Positions 46,482-58,995 of a stretch of DNA of 64,000 bases are shown in pieces. Under the pieces are notes generated by a model that did not search any database, had not been told where the DNA came from, and saw only the letters and a list, made by a program, of their open reading frames with translations. The position numbers were made by a program, and so were the translations under genes. This stretch comes from Cyanophyceae cyanobacterium (lineage in GTDB: Bacteria; Cyanobacteriota; Cyanobacteriia; Cyanobacteriales; Laspinemataceae). How positions within the stretch are numbered: position 1 is the stretch's first letter; each line of letters begins with the position of its first letter. Location of the stretch: positions 32,001 through 96,000 of the forward strand of contig JBBQFN010000004.1 of NCBI GenBank assembly GCA_038321985.1. Reading direction: 5' to 3'.

Positions 46482-47135
46482 ATGCAACTTCAACCTCAAA
46501 TCTATCCGCCCTTGGAAAATGGCGATCGCCTTAGCTACCGAGAATTTGAGCGCCGTTACACCGCCATGCCTACTGATCAGAAAGCTGAATTAATTGAAGG
46601 AGTCGTATATATGGCATCACCCCTGCGGTTTACCACCCATGCCAAACCCCACGCCGATTTAATCGGATTGCTTTGGACTTATAAAATGGCAACCCCAGGG
46701 ACAGAAATCGGTATTGAACCCACCCTTCGCCTCGACTCAGACAACGAATTTCAACCTGATGGAGTGTTGTTGATTCCAGGGGGGAGTTCTCAACTCACCT
46801 CAGAAGGCTACATCCAAGGCGCACCGGAACTGGTGGTGGAAATTGCAGCCAGTAGCGCGGCGATCGATTTAGGGGATAAAAAACGGGTGTATCGGCGCAA
46901 TGGAGTGCAAGAATATTTAGTTTGGCAAATCTTCGACCAGAGACTGGATTGGTTTTATCTGGAAGAGGGCATTTATCAGTCTCTTTCTCCCAATGAACAG
47001 GGGATTTTGTGCAGTCGAGTGTTTCCCGGTTTATGGTTAAACGGAACACAATTGTTACAAAATAATCTCGCCGCCGTTTTGGAAACCCTACAAGCGGGAT
47101 TGGCATCCCCAGAACATCAAGCCTTTATCAGTTAA
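46482..47135 (+). CDS. Uma2 family protein
   Basis: PLENGDRL...EFERRY, AELIEGVVYM, QPD..L, GAPELVVEIAASS, YRRNGVQEY. Confidence 0.92.
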   Translation: MQLQPQIYPPLENGDRLSYREFERRYTAMPTDQKAELIEGVVYMASPLRFTTHAKPHADLIGLLWTYKMATPGTEIGIEPTLRLDSDNEFQPDGVLLIPGGSSQLTSEGYIQGAPELVVEIAASSAAIDLGDKKRVYRRNGVQEYLVWQIFDQRLDWFYLEEGIYQSLSPNEQGILCSRVFPGLWLNGTQLLQNNLAAVLETLQAGLASPEHQAFIS

Positions 47136-47388
47136 GACCTCCCCACCGTCCCCGCATCCACAGACAATAAATCACTGTCAGCAACAACCATCCCGATACA
47201 CAGCCGAAACCAGCGGACATCACTGGAACAGTTGGCATCGACTGCACCTGAACCTCAAGAAATTGATTAATCTGAGGTTCCACGAAATTACCATAAGCGT
47301 TTTCTAAAGCTTCCCGTTGTTTCACTTTATCTTGTAGAGCATTTTCTAAAGCTTCCCGTTGTTTCACTTTATCTTGTAGCTCGTCCAT
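47128..47388 (-). CDS. Small protein with 14-aa tandem duplication and C-terminal TM segment
   Basis: GAGGTG RBS; LQDKVKQREALENA x2 (42-nt tandem at 47297-47380); hydrophobic C-terminus. Confidence 0.5.
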   Translation of the reverse strand: MDELQDKVKQREALENALQDKVKQREALENAYGNFVEPQINQFLEVQVQSMPTVPVMSAGFGCVSGWLLLTVIYCLWMRGRWGGLN

Positions 47389-47554
47389 CACTCACCTCAT
47401 TTGTGTCTCTGAGGTCAGTGTTTTTTTGGGCTACTGCCCAAGCAAACCCACAGGTAAAATCGTGAAATCCTTGCTACAATTGCTTTACCTGGTTTGGGCA
47501 ACCCTCCCGTTTGGGCAAGTTTCCCCAAACCAGCATTTTCTATCGAGGGTCGTC

Positions 47555-50500
47555 ATGGTGGGAAAATCGGGTCAGCCCTTCAAAAAAAGCCGCAAGTATG
47601 GAGAAAGCGCAGACGACTTGCAAGACCGTCTGGACTTCGTAGCGGCGTTGTTGGCCCTGGCGGATGAGGAGATCCCGATTCCCCCAGACTCACTCAAGGC
47701 ACAGTTCCAACTGGAGTGGGTGAAAGCAGACGAGTTGAGAGTGTCTGGCATCGAGCAAAAACAGCGCAATGGACAAATTAAGTGGATAGAAAAGGGGATT
47801 ACTCAGGATGATTTAGGCGTTTTGTTAGAAACCTATCGCCAAGGGAAAATCTTGGAAGCAGCCCGAAAGGAAATTATCCAAAATGCGCTGTCTTGCCTCC
47901 GAGATTTGGGGATTCTTCAAGAACATCTCTCAACCAAAAACCTAGGATATTGGAAGTTTTCTCTGTGCCTCAAGCATCAAACGGCCAAGAAAGAAGACAA
48001 TTTACAGGTCATTAAAGATAAATGGAAAGAAGCGTTTGGCAAACTTCCTGAACCCAAGCATTCTCCCCCACTCACAGCAACCCTACAACGCTGCATCTTA
48101 GGACTGAAGGGCAACTATCAAGAAGCGCAACAGAAACTCCCGGAAATTACCCAAACGCTGCAAAAACTTCTCAACGATAAAACCCTCTCTATTTCCAAGG
48201 TTGAGGAAGGGAGTATTATTCTGATTGTGCAAAGTTCCCAAACCGGGTATGAGCAATTTAAAATCCTGATTGGGCAAGAGATTGCGGGGTTTCCGGTAGA
48301 ATATGCCCTTGATGAATGGCAAGATATTTGCCGTCGGATGTTACTTGACCGGAAACGCTTAAGCAGTAATACGGTTTTAGGTCAGGTTTATGGCGATCGC
48401 AACTTAATCGATGATGATTTATTTGTTAATTTAGCCCTCGTGAAACCGAAACGCAATCACAACGAAAAACACCCCCAAGATATTGACCCGGAAAAGGGTT
48501 CAGACTTGTTCACCCGTCAGGAAGAAACCATCGAGAAACGCTTTGATTATCGTGAGTTTCTCCAAGAAGTCATTCGTAACCGCACCGAGAAACAGATGGC
48601 TATTATTGGCGAACCGGGGGCAGGAAAAACCACCTTACTCCAGAAATTAGCCTTTTGGTTATTACAGGAAACCGATGATTTAGTGATTTGGGTATCCTTG
48701 GCCGAATTGGGCAGTCAAGCCCTGGGAGAGTATTTAGAGCAAAAATGGCTCACAGAGGCATTGGGGCTATCCAGAGAGGAAATTAAGGCAGACTGGGAGC
48801 AGAAATTTAAAGGGGGTGCAGTCTGGTTGCTGTTGGATGGCTTGGATGAGATGAGCCAGAGTGACCAACAGGCATTAAATTTCCGGGGTTGGGTGATGAA
48901 TGCTCCGATGATTATCACCTGTCGCTTGAATTTGTGGCAAGCTAACCCCAGCCAGTTACAGGGGTTTCAAACCTATCTCACTCAACCGTTTCAGGATGAA
49001 CAAGTGCAGGAGTTTATCCGGAGGTGGTTTCCGGTGGAAGCTGATGCGGAGTCGTTGTGGTCACAGTTGCAGGCAGCGGGGAAGGAACGGATTAAGGATT
49101 TATGCCGCAATCCCCTGCGGTTAACGTTGTTATGTGTGACTTGGAAGGTGGAGGATGCGCTACCGGAAACCACGTCGGCGTTGTATGCGGAGTTTGTCGA
49201 GGCGATGTATGCCTGGAAGGAAGACAAGTTTGAGGTCACGGAGGAGGACAAGGAACGTTTAAATGCAGCTTTGGGCATATTGGCGAAGGCATCCCTAGAG
49301 GCGGAAACGGGTCGCTTTCGGTTAAACCATCGGTTGGTATGTGAACATTTAGGAACACCCAAGGCAAAGGGCTCTTTGTGTTCTTTGGCGTTAAGGTTAG
49401 GTTGGTTAAATGAGGTGGGGGTAGCGGCGGAAAATCCCCGCGAAAAGGTGTATGGGTTTTATCATGCGACGTTTCAGGAGTATTTCGCGGCGTTGGCGGT
49501 GGAGGATTGGGATTATTGGATGCCTCGGAATCATGGAGATAGTCCCGTGGAGGGGAAGCGGTATCGGATTTTTGAACCGCAGTGGAAGCAGGTGATTTTG
49601 TTGTGGTTGGGGCGTGATGTTGCTCACGATAATAAACAAGCTTTTATTCGGGCGTTGGTTGAGTTTAATGATGGTGTCAAAGCTTTTTATAAATATCACG
49701 CCTATTTTCTAGCGGCTGCGGCAATTAATGAATTTAAGGCTTGTTCCCTGGCAGATGAGATTGTGCGGCAGGTGGTGAGGTGGGGATTTGGGGAGTTCGA
49801 TATTCAAAAGCAAAAATGGAAAACTTTTTTAGACCCCATCGCAAAAGGTGCGAGAAATGTTCTAGGTGAAACAATTAGGCAAAAGGCGATCGCCGCCTTA
49901 GTGGAAATCTTACGGGATGCTGGTGCTAATCATGACACCCGTAGGCAAGCAGCCGAGAGTTTAGGGGAAATCGCCCCAGGGAACCAGCAGGCGATCGCCG
50001 CTTTAGTGGAAATCTTACGGGATGCTGATGCTGATGATTCCACCCGTAGTCTAGCAGCCAAGAGTTTATGGAAAATCGCCCCAGGGAACCAGCAGGCGAT
50101 CTCCGCCTTAGTGGAAATCTTACGAGATGCTGGTGCTGATGATTCCACCCGTAGGGAAGTAGCCTTTAGTTTAGGGAACATCGCCCCACGAAACCAGCAG
50201 GCGATCGCCGCCTTAGTGGAAATCTTACGGGATGCTGGTGCTAATGATTCCACCCGTAGGGAAGCAGCCGAGAATTTAGGAAAAATCGCCCCTGGTAACC
50301 CGCAGGCGATTACCGCCTTAGAGGAAATCTTACGGGATGCTGGCGCTGATGATTCCACCCGTTGTCTAGCAGCCAAGAGTTTAGGGAAAATCCTCACCAC
50401 GCGCAAGCAATATGCAGGGGTTGTTTCCGCTTTAAAAGACTGCCTCAGTGATGAAGTTTATCAAAACAACTTTAAACGATTTGATGAATGCTACAAACTC

Positions 50501-51025
50501 ATTTGGAACTGTGGTGAAAACCTCTCCTATCCCGACTTTTACCAAGCCTGGCACAATCCCCCCACCACCCCCCATCCCGAAGTCACGGAACAAACCCCCC
50601 ATAAGGGTGAACCCTCTTTCGCCCCCATCAACCTCGCCCAAACCCTACAAAACCAGCCCATCCTGATCCTCAACGCCCAACCCCTCGCCAACGAAACCCG
50701 GGAAGGGGAAATCGCCCTCACCCTGTGCAGACTGATTTGGAAACAAGTCTGTCCTCAGCAAATGTATCCCAGAGTTTCCACCCCTGCCGACCTATGTTAT
50801 GCGATGGATGAACTCAAATTCACCCTCAATCTCCCCCACCGCGCCCTCCTCCTCACAGACTGCGAACATCCCACCCCGGAACTCATCACCTTCTGTGAAA
50901 AACTCACCGGGGTCATTTCCGTTGCCTTCCTCACCGAGGGACCCCTAGACGCGCCGTTAAAAGGGTTTCCGCCTAATCAACCCAATCTGTTATCTGCCAT
51001 TGAAACCTGGTTAAAGGAGATTTAA
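47555..51025 (+). CDS. NACHT NTPase with HEAT (PBS-lyase-like) repeats
   Basis: GEPGAGKTT, WLLLDGLDE, ITCR, NPLRL.LLC, FYHATFQEYFAA, 35-aa HEAT repeats. The start is uncertain (ORF open from 47426; ATG 47555 preferred). Confidence 0.92.
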   Translation: MVGKSGQPFKKSRKYGESADDLQDRLDFVAALLALADEEIPIPPDSLKAQFQLEWVKADELRVSGIEQKQRNGQIKWIEKGITQDDLGVLLETYRQGKILEAARKEIIQNALSCLRDLGILQEHLSTKNLGYWKFSLCLKHQTAKKEDNLQVIKDKWKEAFGKLPEPKHSPPLTATLQRCILGLKGNYQEAQQKLPEITQTLQKLLNDKTLSISKVEEGSIILIVQSSQTGYEQFKILIGQEIAGFPVEYALDEWQDICRRMLLDRKRLSSNTVLGQVYGDRNLIDDDLFVNLALVKPKRNHNEKHPQDIDPEKGSDLFTRQEETIEKRFDYREFLQEVIRNRTEKQMAIIGEPGAGKTTLLQKLAFWLLQETDDLVIWVSLAELGSQALGEYLEQKWLTEALGLSREEIKADWEQKFKGGAVWLLLDGLDEMSQSDQQALNFRGWVMNAPMIITCRLNLWQANPSQLQGFQTYLTQPFQDEQVQEFIRRWFPVEADAESLWSQLQAAGKERIKDLCRNPLRLTLLCVTWKVEDALPETTSALYAEFVEAMYAWKEDKFEVTEEDKERLNAALGILAKASLEAETGRFRLNHRLVCEHLGTPKAKGSLCSLALRLGWLNEVGVAAENPREKVYGFYHATFQEYFAALAVEDWDYWMPRNHGDSPVEGKRYRIFEPQWKQVILLWLGRDVAHDNKQAFIRALVEFNDGVKAFYKYHAYFLAAAAINEFKACSLADEIVRQVVRWGFGEFDIQKQKWKTFLDPIAKGARNVLGETIRQKAIAALVEILRDAGANHDTRRQAAESLGEIAPGNQQAIAALVEILRDADADDSTRSLAAKSLWKIAPGNQQAISALVEILRDAGADDSTRREVAFSLGNIAPRNQQAIAALVEILRDAGANDSTRREAAENLGKIAPGNPQAITALEEILRDAGADDSTRCLAAKSLGKILTTRKQYAGVVSALKDCLSDEVYQNNFKRFDECYKLIWNCGENLSYPDFYQAWHNPPTTPHPEVTEQTPHKGEPSFAPINLAQTLQNQPILILNAQPLANETREGEIALTLCRLIWKQVCPQQMYPRVSTPADLCYAMDELKFTLNLPHRALLLTDCEHPTPELITFCEKLTGVISVAFLTEGPLDAPLKGFPPNQPNLLSAIETWLKEI
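49886..50391 (+). repeat. Intragenic 105-nt tandem repeat, about 4.8 copies
   Basis: Units start at 49886, 49991, 50096, 50201 and 50306 (gcgat..ccgc.ttag.ggaaatcttacg.gatgctg). Confidence 0.92.
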
Positions 51026-51291
51026 GTAACTGGGGTTCTCCCTGAAACTTGAGATAAAATGGGAATTGACCTTAAAACCTGATTTTGGGTAGCGAAGCTG
51101 ACTCAACTCTTATGAATATCCTAGCTCAAGAAATTCTCAAAAACTTTGATGATTTGCCGACTACCGAACAACAGGCGATCTCAGCAACCCCGCCTTACAA
51201 GTCTACACGACCCTGAAGAAAGCAGGTTGGCCAATTCCGACGGTAAACCCCGTACCATTTCTTCCAACCCAAATCCGTTAATCAATCCTCA

Positions 51292-51909
51292 TCATTCATC
51301 CCTTAATTGCTCATCGTTATTGGGAAATTCCACATCTTCATAAAGCAGAGAAATCGGAAAGCGAAAGTCAACACTGATCAGGTTTATTTCTATTTCTGCG
51401 GGTGCAGTATTTATTTCGTCCAATGAGTAAGATGTGAGTTCCCATTTTCCCCGTTCATTGAGACAATAATAATCAACACTGATTTTTTCAGCACTAATGA
51501 GGACATATTCTTGTAAAGTGGGGATGCGGCGATAATGTTTAAATTTATCCCCTCGGTCAAAGGCTTCTGTACCTGGAGAAAGAACTTCTACTAATAGGCA
51601 AGGAGAGTAAACAATTTGTAGAGCATTTAGGTCCTGAGAATCGCAAGTTACCATGACATCGGGATAGTGAAATGGACCATTTTTAGAAACTCCGAGTTTC
51701 GCATCGGCCATGAAAACTTTACAGCCTTTACCCCGGAGGTGATGTTTCAAGGCAGAGGCTAAGTTAAGGGCGATCGAGTTGTGAGGGAGAGTTCCCCCCG
51801 TCATGGCAAACACTTCGCCGTTGATATATTCGTATTTAATCGGCTGTTGTTCTTCCCATTCCAAATACTCTTGGGGAGTCATTCGCGAAAAATGGTGATT
51901 TGCTATCAT
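51292..51909 (-). CDS. Uma2 family protein
   Basis: MTPQEYLEWEE.Q..KYEYING.VFAMTGG, YPDVMVTC, VEVLSPGTEAFDRGDKF..Y. Confidence 0.92.
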   Translation of the reverse strand: MIANHHFSRMTPQEYLEWEEQQPIKYEYINGEVFAMTGGTLPHNSIALNLASALKHHLRGKGCKVFMADAKLGVSKNGPFHYPDVMVTCDSQDLNALQIVYSPCLLVEVLSPGTEAFDRGDKFKHYRRIPTLQEYVLISAEKISVDYYCLNERGKWELTSYSLDEINTAPAEIEINLISVDFRFPISLLYEDVEFPNNDEQLRDE

Positions 51910-51987
51910 GGCTGTCCTCAATTCTTTCTGGTAATTTTATTTTCTATTATTTTAAAATTCTCTTATTATATATAATATAAATATTAC

Positions 51988-52545
51988 TCACATCAAATGA
52001 TTAAAATGCAAATAATTTGGAGAAGTAATCTTTAGCATCTGTTCTGGAAAATTGTGAATACCCTGCTGCTTTGACTTGTTCCGAGTGGGCTTTTTAGGAA
52101 TACTGATGTCCCGAATACTGACAAAGCGATACTCGTAATTAGACAAAAAATCGGGTTGATTCCAAAATTGTTGACCAATTTCTCGACAGTATGCTACGAA
52201 GCACAGCGCTCCTTTAAGCTGGTTAATAATATTGGCTTGTGTGCCTCCTTTTCCCGCTTTCATTTCAATACAGAGTATTACTTTAATTTTTTCCGTGTCG
52301 GCAATGATAACAAAATCAGCTCGTTTACATTCTCCATGTTCGCCTTTAAACACGGTGTTAGGTGAAGTAAAAGCATCAGCTTTGATGATAATCACTTCAT
52401 CCTCATTCGGCATTCCATAAAGGGTTACCGAATAGTTGGCTGGTGCAGGTTCTGCTAGGGTGACTTGCTTTTTGTGATGGCGCTCCTCCAAGGGTACTTT
52501 AACGTCATCGTTGAGCATCTCTTTGAGGATAGCAATATCACCCAT
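51988..52545 (-). CDS. Putative PD-(D/E)XK nuclease, partner of the ATPase
   Basis: CKRADFVII...LCIEMK and QL.G..C; TAATG overlap with the ATPase stop. Confidence 0.7.
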   Translation of the reverse strand: MGDIAILKEMLNDDVKVPLEERHHKKQVTLAEPAPANYSVTLYGMPNEDEVIIIKADAFTSPNTVFKGEHGECKRADFVIIADTEKIKVILCIEMKAGKGGTQANIINQLKGALCFVAYCREIGQQFWNQPDFLSNYEYRFVSIRDISIPKKPTRNKSKQQGIHNFPEQMLKITSPNYLHFNHLM

Positions 52546-53945
52546 TATTCCCCACCCCAGACGATCGCTTCCTGAATCCGGTTCATAGTTTCAATAGTGG
52601 TATCAAAACTACGAGCTTCAATCCCCATTTCTGGATCAATATCTGCTGAGGTGAGAGTGTGGCATTTTGTTTTTCTGCTTTTTCCCGTTTTTCCCTCTAC
52701 TGTTCTAGATGTCTCTTCGGCGATATAAACTTTAATTTTTTTAGCCGAAATGAGTTCTTCTTGATGATACCCTTCTTTTTCAGCTATTTGTCTGAGATAT
52801 GGTTTATCATGGTTCAACATAATTAAGGTATTCAGTTCTTTGATAAGATAATCGCTATGGGTGGTGATAAAAATTTTAATCCCTAAATTAACCAATCGGG
52901 CAAATAGTCGGGCAACCCGACGTTGATTTTCTGGATGGAGGTTTAATTCCGGTTCGTCCACCATGAGTAAGTCGCCGATTTGCGCTTCATGTCTAAGGTA
53001 AAAACCAAGGTCTAACAAAGAACGAACTGCACTAGAACTTTCTACCATAGAAAGTCTAAGTTGTTTACTTTTACCTTTTGGTAAATAACAAAGTTCATCT
53101 TTGCGGGTTACGGTGTACTCGCCTCCTATGATGTCGGCAAAATCTGCCAATACAGCCGGGTGATGTTCAGCAATAAAACTGCTTTTTGTAACCAGAGTTT
53201 CTAGTTGCCGAGTAAACTCTACATTCCTTTTAATCGGCAGGGGATAGTCCTGATAATCTTTGAGCAAAAATCTGAGAGGATCGATCTCGTTAGCACCTTG
53301 ACCCAGCTCTTCTAACAAGCGATTTCGGGCAAAATTTAACTCCTTGCGAAAAATAGCTGCACCTGTTCGCTCTGCACTTGCAATGAAAGGTCGAGGTAAA
53401 AATGGAGAAAAAATAATATCTTTTATAGAATCTGCAATAACATACTTCAGCATATCACCAGGAATTTTAATCTGGTCTTTTTCAACTAGCAAAGTTACTA
53501 CTAATTCTGTACTTTCTTTATTTTTTATTAAAGAAAATAGTTCGATATTTGCAGAGCCTGTTATTCGCTTAAACTGAGTGCTCCAAAACTCAGTGGAAAT
53601 ATCCAGACTGACCTGAAATTTTGTATCTTTAAATCGGTCAGCTTGGGATGCAAAAATCTTGGGTAATTGCTGAGTATATGCTACGCAGGACTGAGCAATA
53701 ATTCGCTTGGAATTATTAACGTATTCTTGAAGTTCAATCCGCATCACCCCCTCGGTAAGTAGTTGTTCGATCTTATCCCTGGGTATTTTTATTTCCAAAA
53801 TCTGTCGCCAAGTCAATAAAAACCCAAAGAGGGCGTAAGTGGCGTAGGTCTTACCCGTATTATTACAGCCACAAACGATTGTCAAATCACCAAGGGTAAA
53901 TTCTGCTTGTTTTAAAACTCCGAGATTTTTTACGGTAATTTTCAT
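52545..53945 (-). CDS. ABC-type (AAA_15/AAA_21-like) ATPase without membrane partner
   Basis: MKITVKNLG.L, Walker A GCNNTGKT, AER, SSS signature-like, Walker B/D-loop MVDEPELNLHPENQ, H-loop ITTHS. Confidence 0.9.
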   Translation of the reverse strand: MKITVKNLGVLKQAEFTLGDLTIVCGCNNTGKTYATYALFGFLLTWRQILEIKIPRDKIEQLLTEGVMRIELQEYVNNSKRIIAQSCVAYTQQLPKIFASQADRFKDTKFQVSLDISTEFWSTQFKRITGSANIELFSLIKNKESTELVVTLLVEKDQIKIPGDMLKYVIADSIKDIIFSPFLPRPFIASAERTGAAIFRKELNFARNRLLEELGQGANEIDPLRFLLKDYQDYPLPIKRNVEFTRQLETLVTKSSFIAEHHPAVLADFADIIGGEYTVTRKDELCYLPKGKSKQLRLSMVESSSAVRSLLDLGFYLRHEAQIGDLLMVDEPELNLHPENQRRVARLFARLVNLGIKIFITTHSDYLIKELNTLIMLNHDKPYLRQIAEKEGYHQEELISAKKIKVYIAEETSRTVEGKTGKSRKTKCHTLTSADIDPEMGIEARSFDTTIETMNRIQEAIVWGGE

Positions 53946-54089
53946 AATTAGATTTGTTTTAAAGGGATAAATAGATGATTATTCGTATTAATCTGAACGT
54001 AAAAAAGTTGTTTTGCGCTTTTACTTACTCTACTATAACCCACTACTTTACCAGCCGATCGCCCCTCCCCCACACACCCCCACCCCCAC

Positions 54090-54118
54090 AAAAAAAACGC
54101 CTGAGCGAACTCAGACGT
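54090..54118 (-). terminator. Terminator of the atp operon
   Basis: Minus strand acgtctgag-ttcg-ctcaggcgt followed by a T-run. Confidence 0.8.
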
Positions 54119-54146
54119 ATAAAAGGGATGAATTGTCAAGCGGAAT

Positions 54147-55103
54147 TTAACGTTGCATTCCGGCGGCACCACCGACCACTTCCAGGATTTCCTGGGTAAT
54201 GGCGGCTTGACGTGCTTTGTTGTAAGTCAGAGTTAATGTCTCCATGAGTTCGCTGGCGTTTTCGCTGGCGTTGTTCATGGCGGTCATTCTGGCGGCTAGT
54301 TCGCTGGCGGCTGATTCTTGCAAGGCGCGCAATAACTGGTTATTCAGATATAGCGGCAGCAAGGCTTCCAAAATTTGGGCCGGATCTTGCTCGAAAATCA
54401 TGTCCCGAGGGAAGGCTTCCGGCGCAGCAGTGGAAGCGACTTTTTCACGCTGAACGTCGAAGGAACCGCCTTTACTGGTGAGGCGGAAGATTTCATCGTC
54501 CGGCACTTCTAAGCCTTGGCGATCGAGGGGTAACAGGGTTTGAATGACGGGTTTGGAACTGATTAATGACACGAATTTCGTGTAAATCAATTCTACGCGA
54601 TCGACGCTTTCCGAGAGGAACAAAGATAGCACTTCATCTGCAATTTCTGAGGCTTCTTTTGCTGTCGGAATCTGTTCTAATCCGATGTAGGAAGCGTCGA
54701 TGGGTGCGTTACGTCGGGTGAAGTATTGAGTGGCTTTTCGTCCGACAAGCACCAATTTATAATCCAACCCTTCGGCTTGGATTTCTTTAATCCGAGCTTC
54801 GGCGCGTTTGATGATGTTGTTATTGTAGCCGCCACACAAACCCCGATCGCCCGTGATTACGAGCAATCCTACGGTATTCACTTCGCGCTGTTTCAACAAG
54901 GGCAGGTCTACATCTTCAAACCGCATCCGAGTTTGCAATCCGAAGAGGACCTGAGCCAAGCGATCGGCAAAAGGGCGAGTTCCGAGGACTTGTGCTTGAG
55001 CTCTACGCACCTTAGCTGCTGCCACGAGGCGCATGGCTTCGGTGATTTTTTTCGTGTTTTTTACTGACTGGATGCGATCGCGAATCGCCTTTAGATTTGC
55101 CAT
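54147..55103 (-). CDS. atpG: ATP synthase F1 gamma subunit (atpC in cyanobacterial nomenclature)
   Basis: [41 protein letters not shown]. Confidence 0.98.
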   Translation of the reverse strand: MANLKAIRDRIQSVKNTKKITEAMRLVAAAKVRRAQAQVLGTRPFADRLAQVLFGLQTRMRFEDVDLPLLKQREVNTVGLLVITGDRGLCGGYNNNIIKRAEARIKEIQAEGLDYKLVLVGRKATQYFTRRNAPIDASYIGLEQIPTAKEASEIADEVLSLFLSESVDRVELIYTKFVSLISSKPVIQTLLPLDRQGLEVPDDEIFRLTSKGGSFDVQREKVASTAAPEAFPRDMIFEQDPAQILEALLPLYLNNQLLRALQESAASELAARMTAMNNASENASELMETLTLTYNKARQAAITQEILEVVGGAAGMQR

Positions 55104-55217
55104 AATCCCAAATCAAGAATCAAGAATTTAAAATTAAACCTAATGCATGAAGAATTGAGAATGAAGAATATCAGAAATCTTGCATTCTTCATTCCCAATT
55201 CTTCTCAAGTGCTGGTC

Positions 55218-57389
<2,172 letters not shown>

Positions 57390-57393
<4 letters not shown>

Positions 57394-57935
57394 CGATTTC
57401 CTCCGAGCATCGCAATACTGTTATCAATGAGTTGTTGTTGTTTGCCTTCATCGAGTTGGCCTTTGAGTTGAGTTTCAACTCGCTCTAATGCCATTGTTGC
57501 CACTCGTTGGCGTAATTCAGCCATTGCTCGTTCTTTAGCGGCGTTGAGGTCTTGTCCGGCTTCTGCTCTTAAGCGTTCTAAATCTTTTTGAGCTTGAGCG
57601 GCAATTTGTTGTCTTTCAACGGTGGCGCGTTCTTGGGCTTGGGCTTTGATGTTCTCAGCTTCAGCTTGAGCTTGGGCTAGTTTCTGCTGTTGGTCCGAGA
57701 GTTTTGCCGCTGCATCTTTCTGACGTTTTTCAGCTTCTTTAATGGCAGATTCTATTTTTGTGCGTCGTTCGGTTAGAATGTTTCCTAAAACTTTCCGACC
57801 GAAGTAGAACAGCACGCCAATGACGATCGCCAAGTTAACAATGTTGGTTTCAAAAAAGTCTAAGTTAAGACCGAAACCTCCTTCTGCTGCTCCTTCTGCA
57901 TGAGAAGCGAGCAACCAAAAAGTTCCCAGAATCAT
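57390..57935 (-). CDS. atpF: ATP synthase F0 subunit b
   Basis: GFGLNLDFFETNIVNLAI, TM + coiled coil. Confidence 0.96.
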
Positions 57936-58037
57936 AAGATCGATAACTTCCTTTACTTAATGCCGTCGTTCGTTAGAATGTTTTTACTTGTTAGAGGAAA
58001 AGGTTAATATAATGCTTTGCCTCTAAATCCTGCGTCT

Positions 58038-58526
58038 CTAACTCTTGACTAAGTTTGTGCCGACGAGTTTTTCGAGAATCTGGCGGCTTAAGGCATCGAC
58101 TTGCTGTTCTAAGGAGCTCATCGCTTCTTGCTTTTGCTGCTCGATTTCTCGCTGAGCTTGCTCTCGTTGAGCTTGACTTTCTCGCTGGGCATCTGCGATT
58201 TGATCCGCTGCGGTTTTCTGGGCTTCTGCTTGGGCTTGAGCAATAATCTCTTGCGCTTTCTTCCGACTTTGAGCTAGTTCTTGCTCATATTGCCGTGCCA
58301 AGTTTTCTGCTTTCGACAGGCGTTCTTTAGCGCCTTGTTCGCTGGAACGAACGAACTCGTTGCGATCGTCGATCGCCTTGCCGAGAGGCTTATAAAAGAT
58401 CGCGTTTAAAACTACCGCCAAAATGATAAATTGCAGCGCCATGATCGGTAAGGTGGCGTCAAAATCAAATAGCCCACCTTCCTTTGCCGCAGTTTCAGCA
58501 GCTAGTAAGATCGTCCATTGAATCAT
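58038..58526 (-). CDS. atpF2: ATP synthase F0 subunit b'
   Basis: [15 protein letters not shown]...FYKPL, coiled coil. Confidence 0.96.
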   Translation of the reverse strand: MIQWTILLAAETAAKEGGLFDFDATLPIMALQFIILAVVLNAIFYKPLGKAIDDRNEFVRSSEQGAKERLSKAENLARQYEQELAQSRKKAQEIIAQAQAEAQKTAADQIADAQRESQAQREQAQREIEQQKQEAMSSLEQQVDALSRQILEKLVGTNLVKS

Positions 58527-58581
58527 AGTAAATCAGCCGCTATTGCTTTCGGGGGTTGAACGGGATGGAAATCTAAACAAC

Positions 58582-58637
58582 AGCGCCCGGTTGTAGAGAG
58601 ATGATGTTATAATCACCTCTCTACACCTGGCACCGCT
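58582..58637 (-). promoter_or_regulatory. Stem-loop downstream of the subunit c gene
   Basis: agcg..cggttgtagagag...ctctctacacctg..cgct imperfect inverted repeat. Confidence 0.65.
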
Positions 58638-58646
58638 TTAATCTTC

Positions 58647-58907
<261 letters not shown>

Positions 58908-58995
58908 TTAGTACAAAATGAACGATTTACAGAATGAACGAACTCAGATTTTGGCGGTTCGATCGCGCTCAAAATCTAACTATCAAATCCTAATT

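Noticed and set aside
49886..50391. Regularly spaced repeats resembling an array
   Set aside because: In-frame 105-nt coding repeats of HEAT units with no unique spacers.
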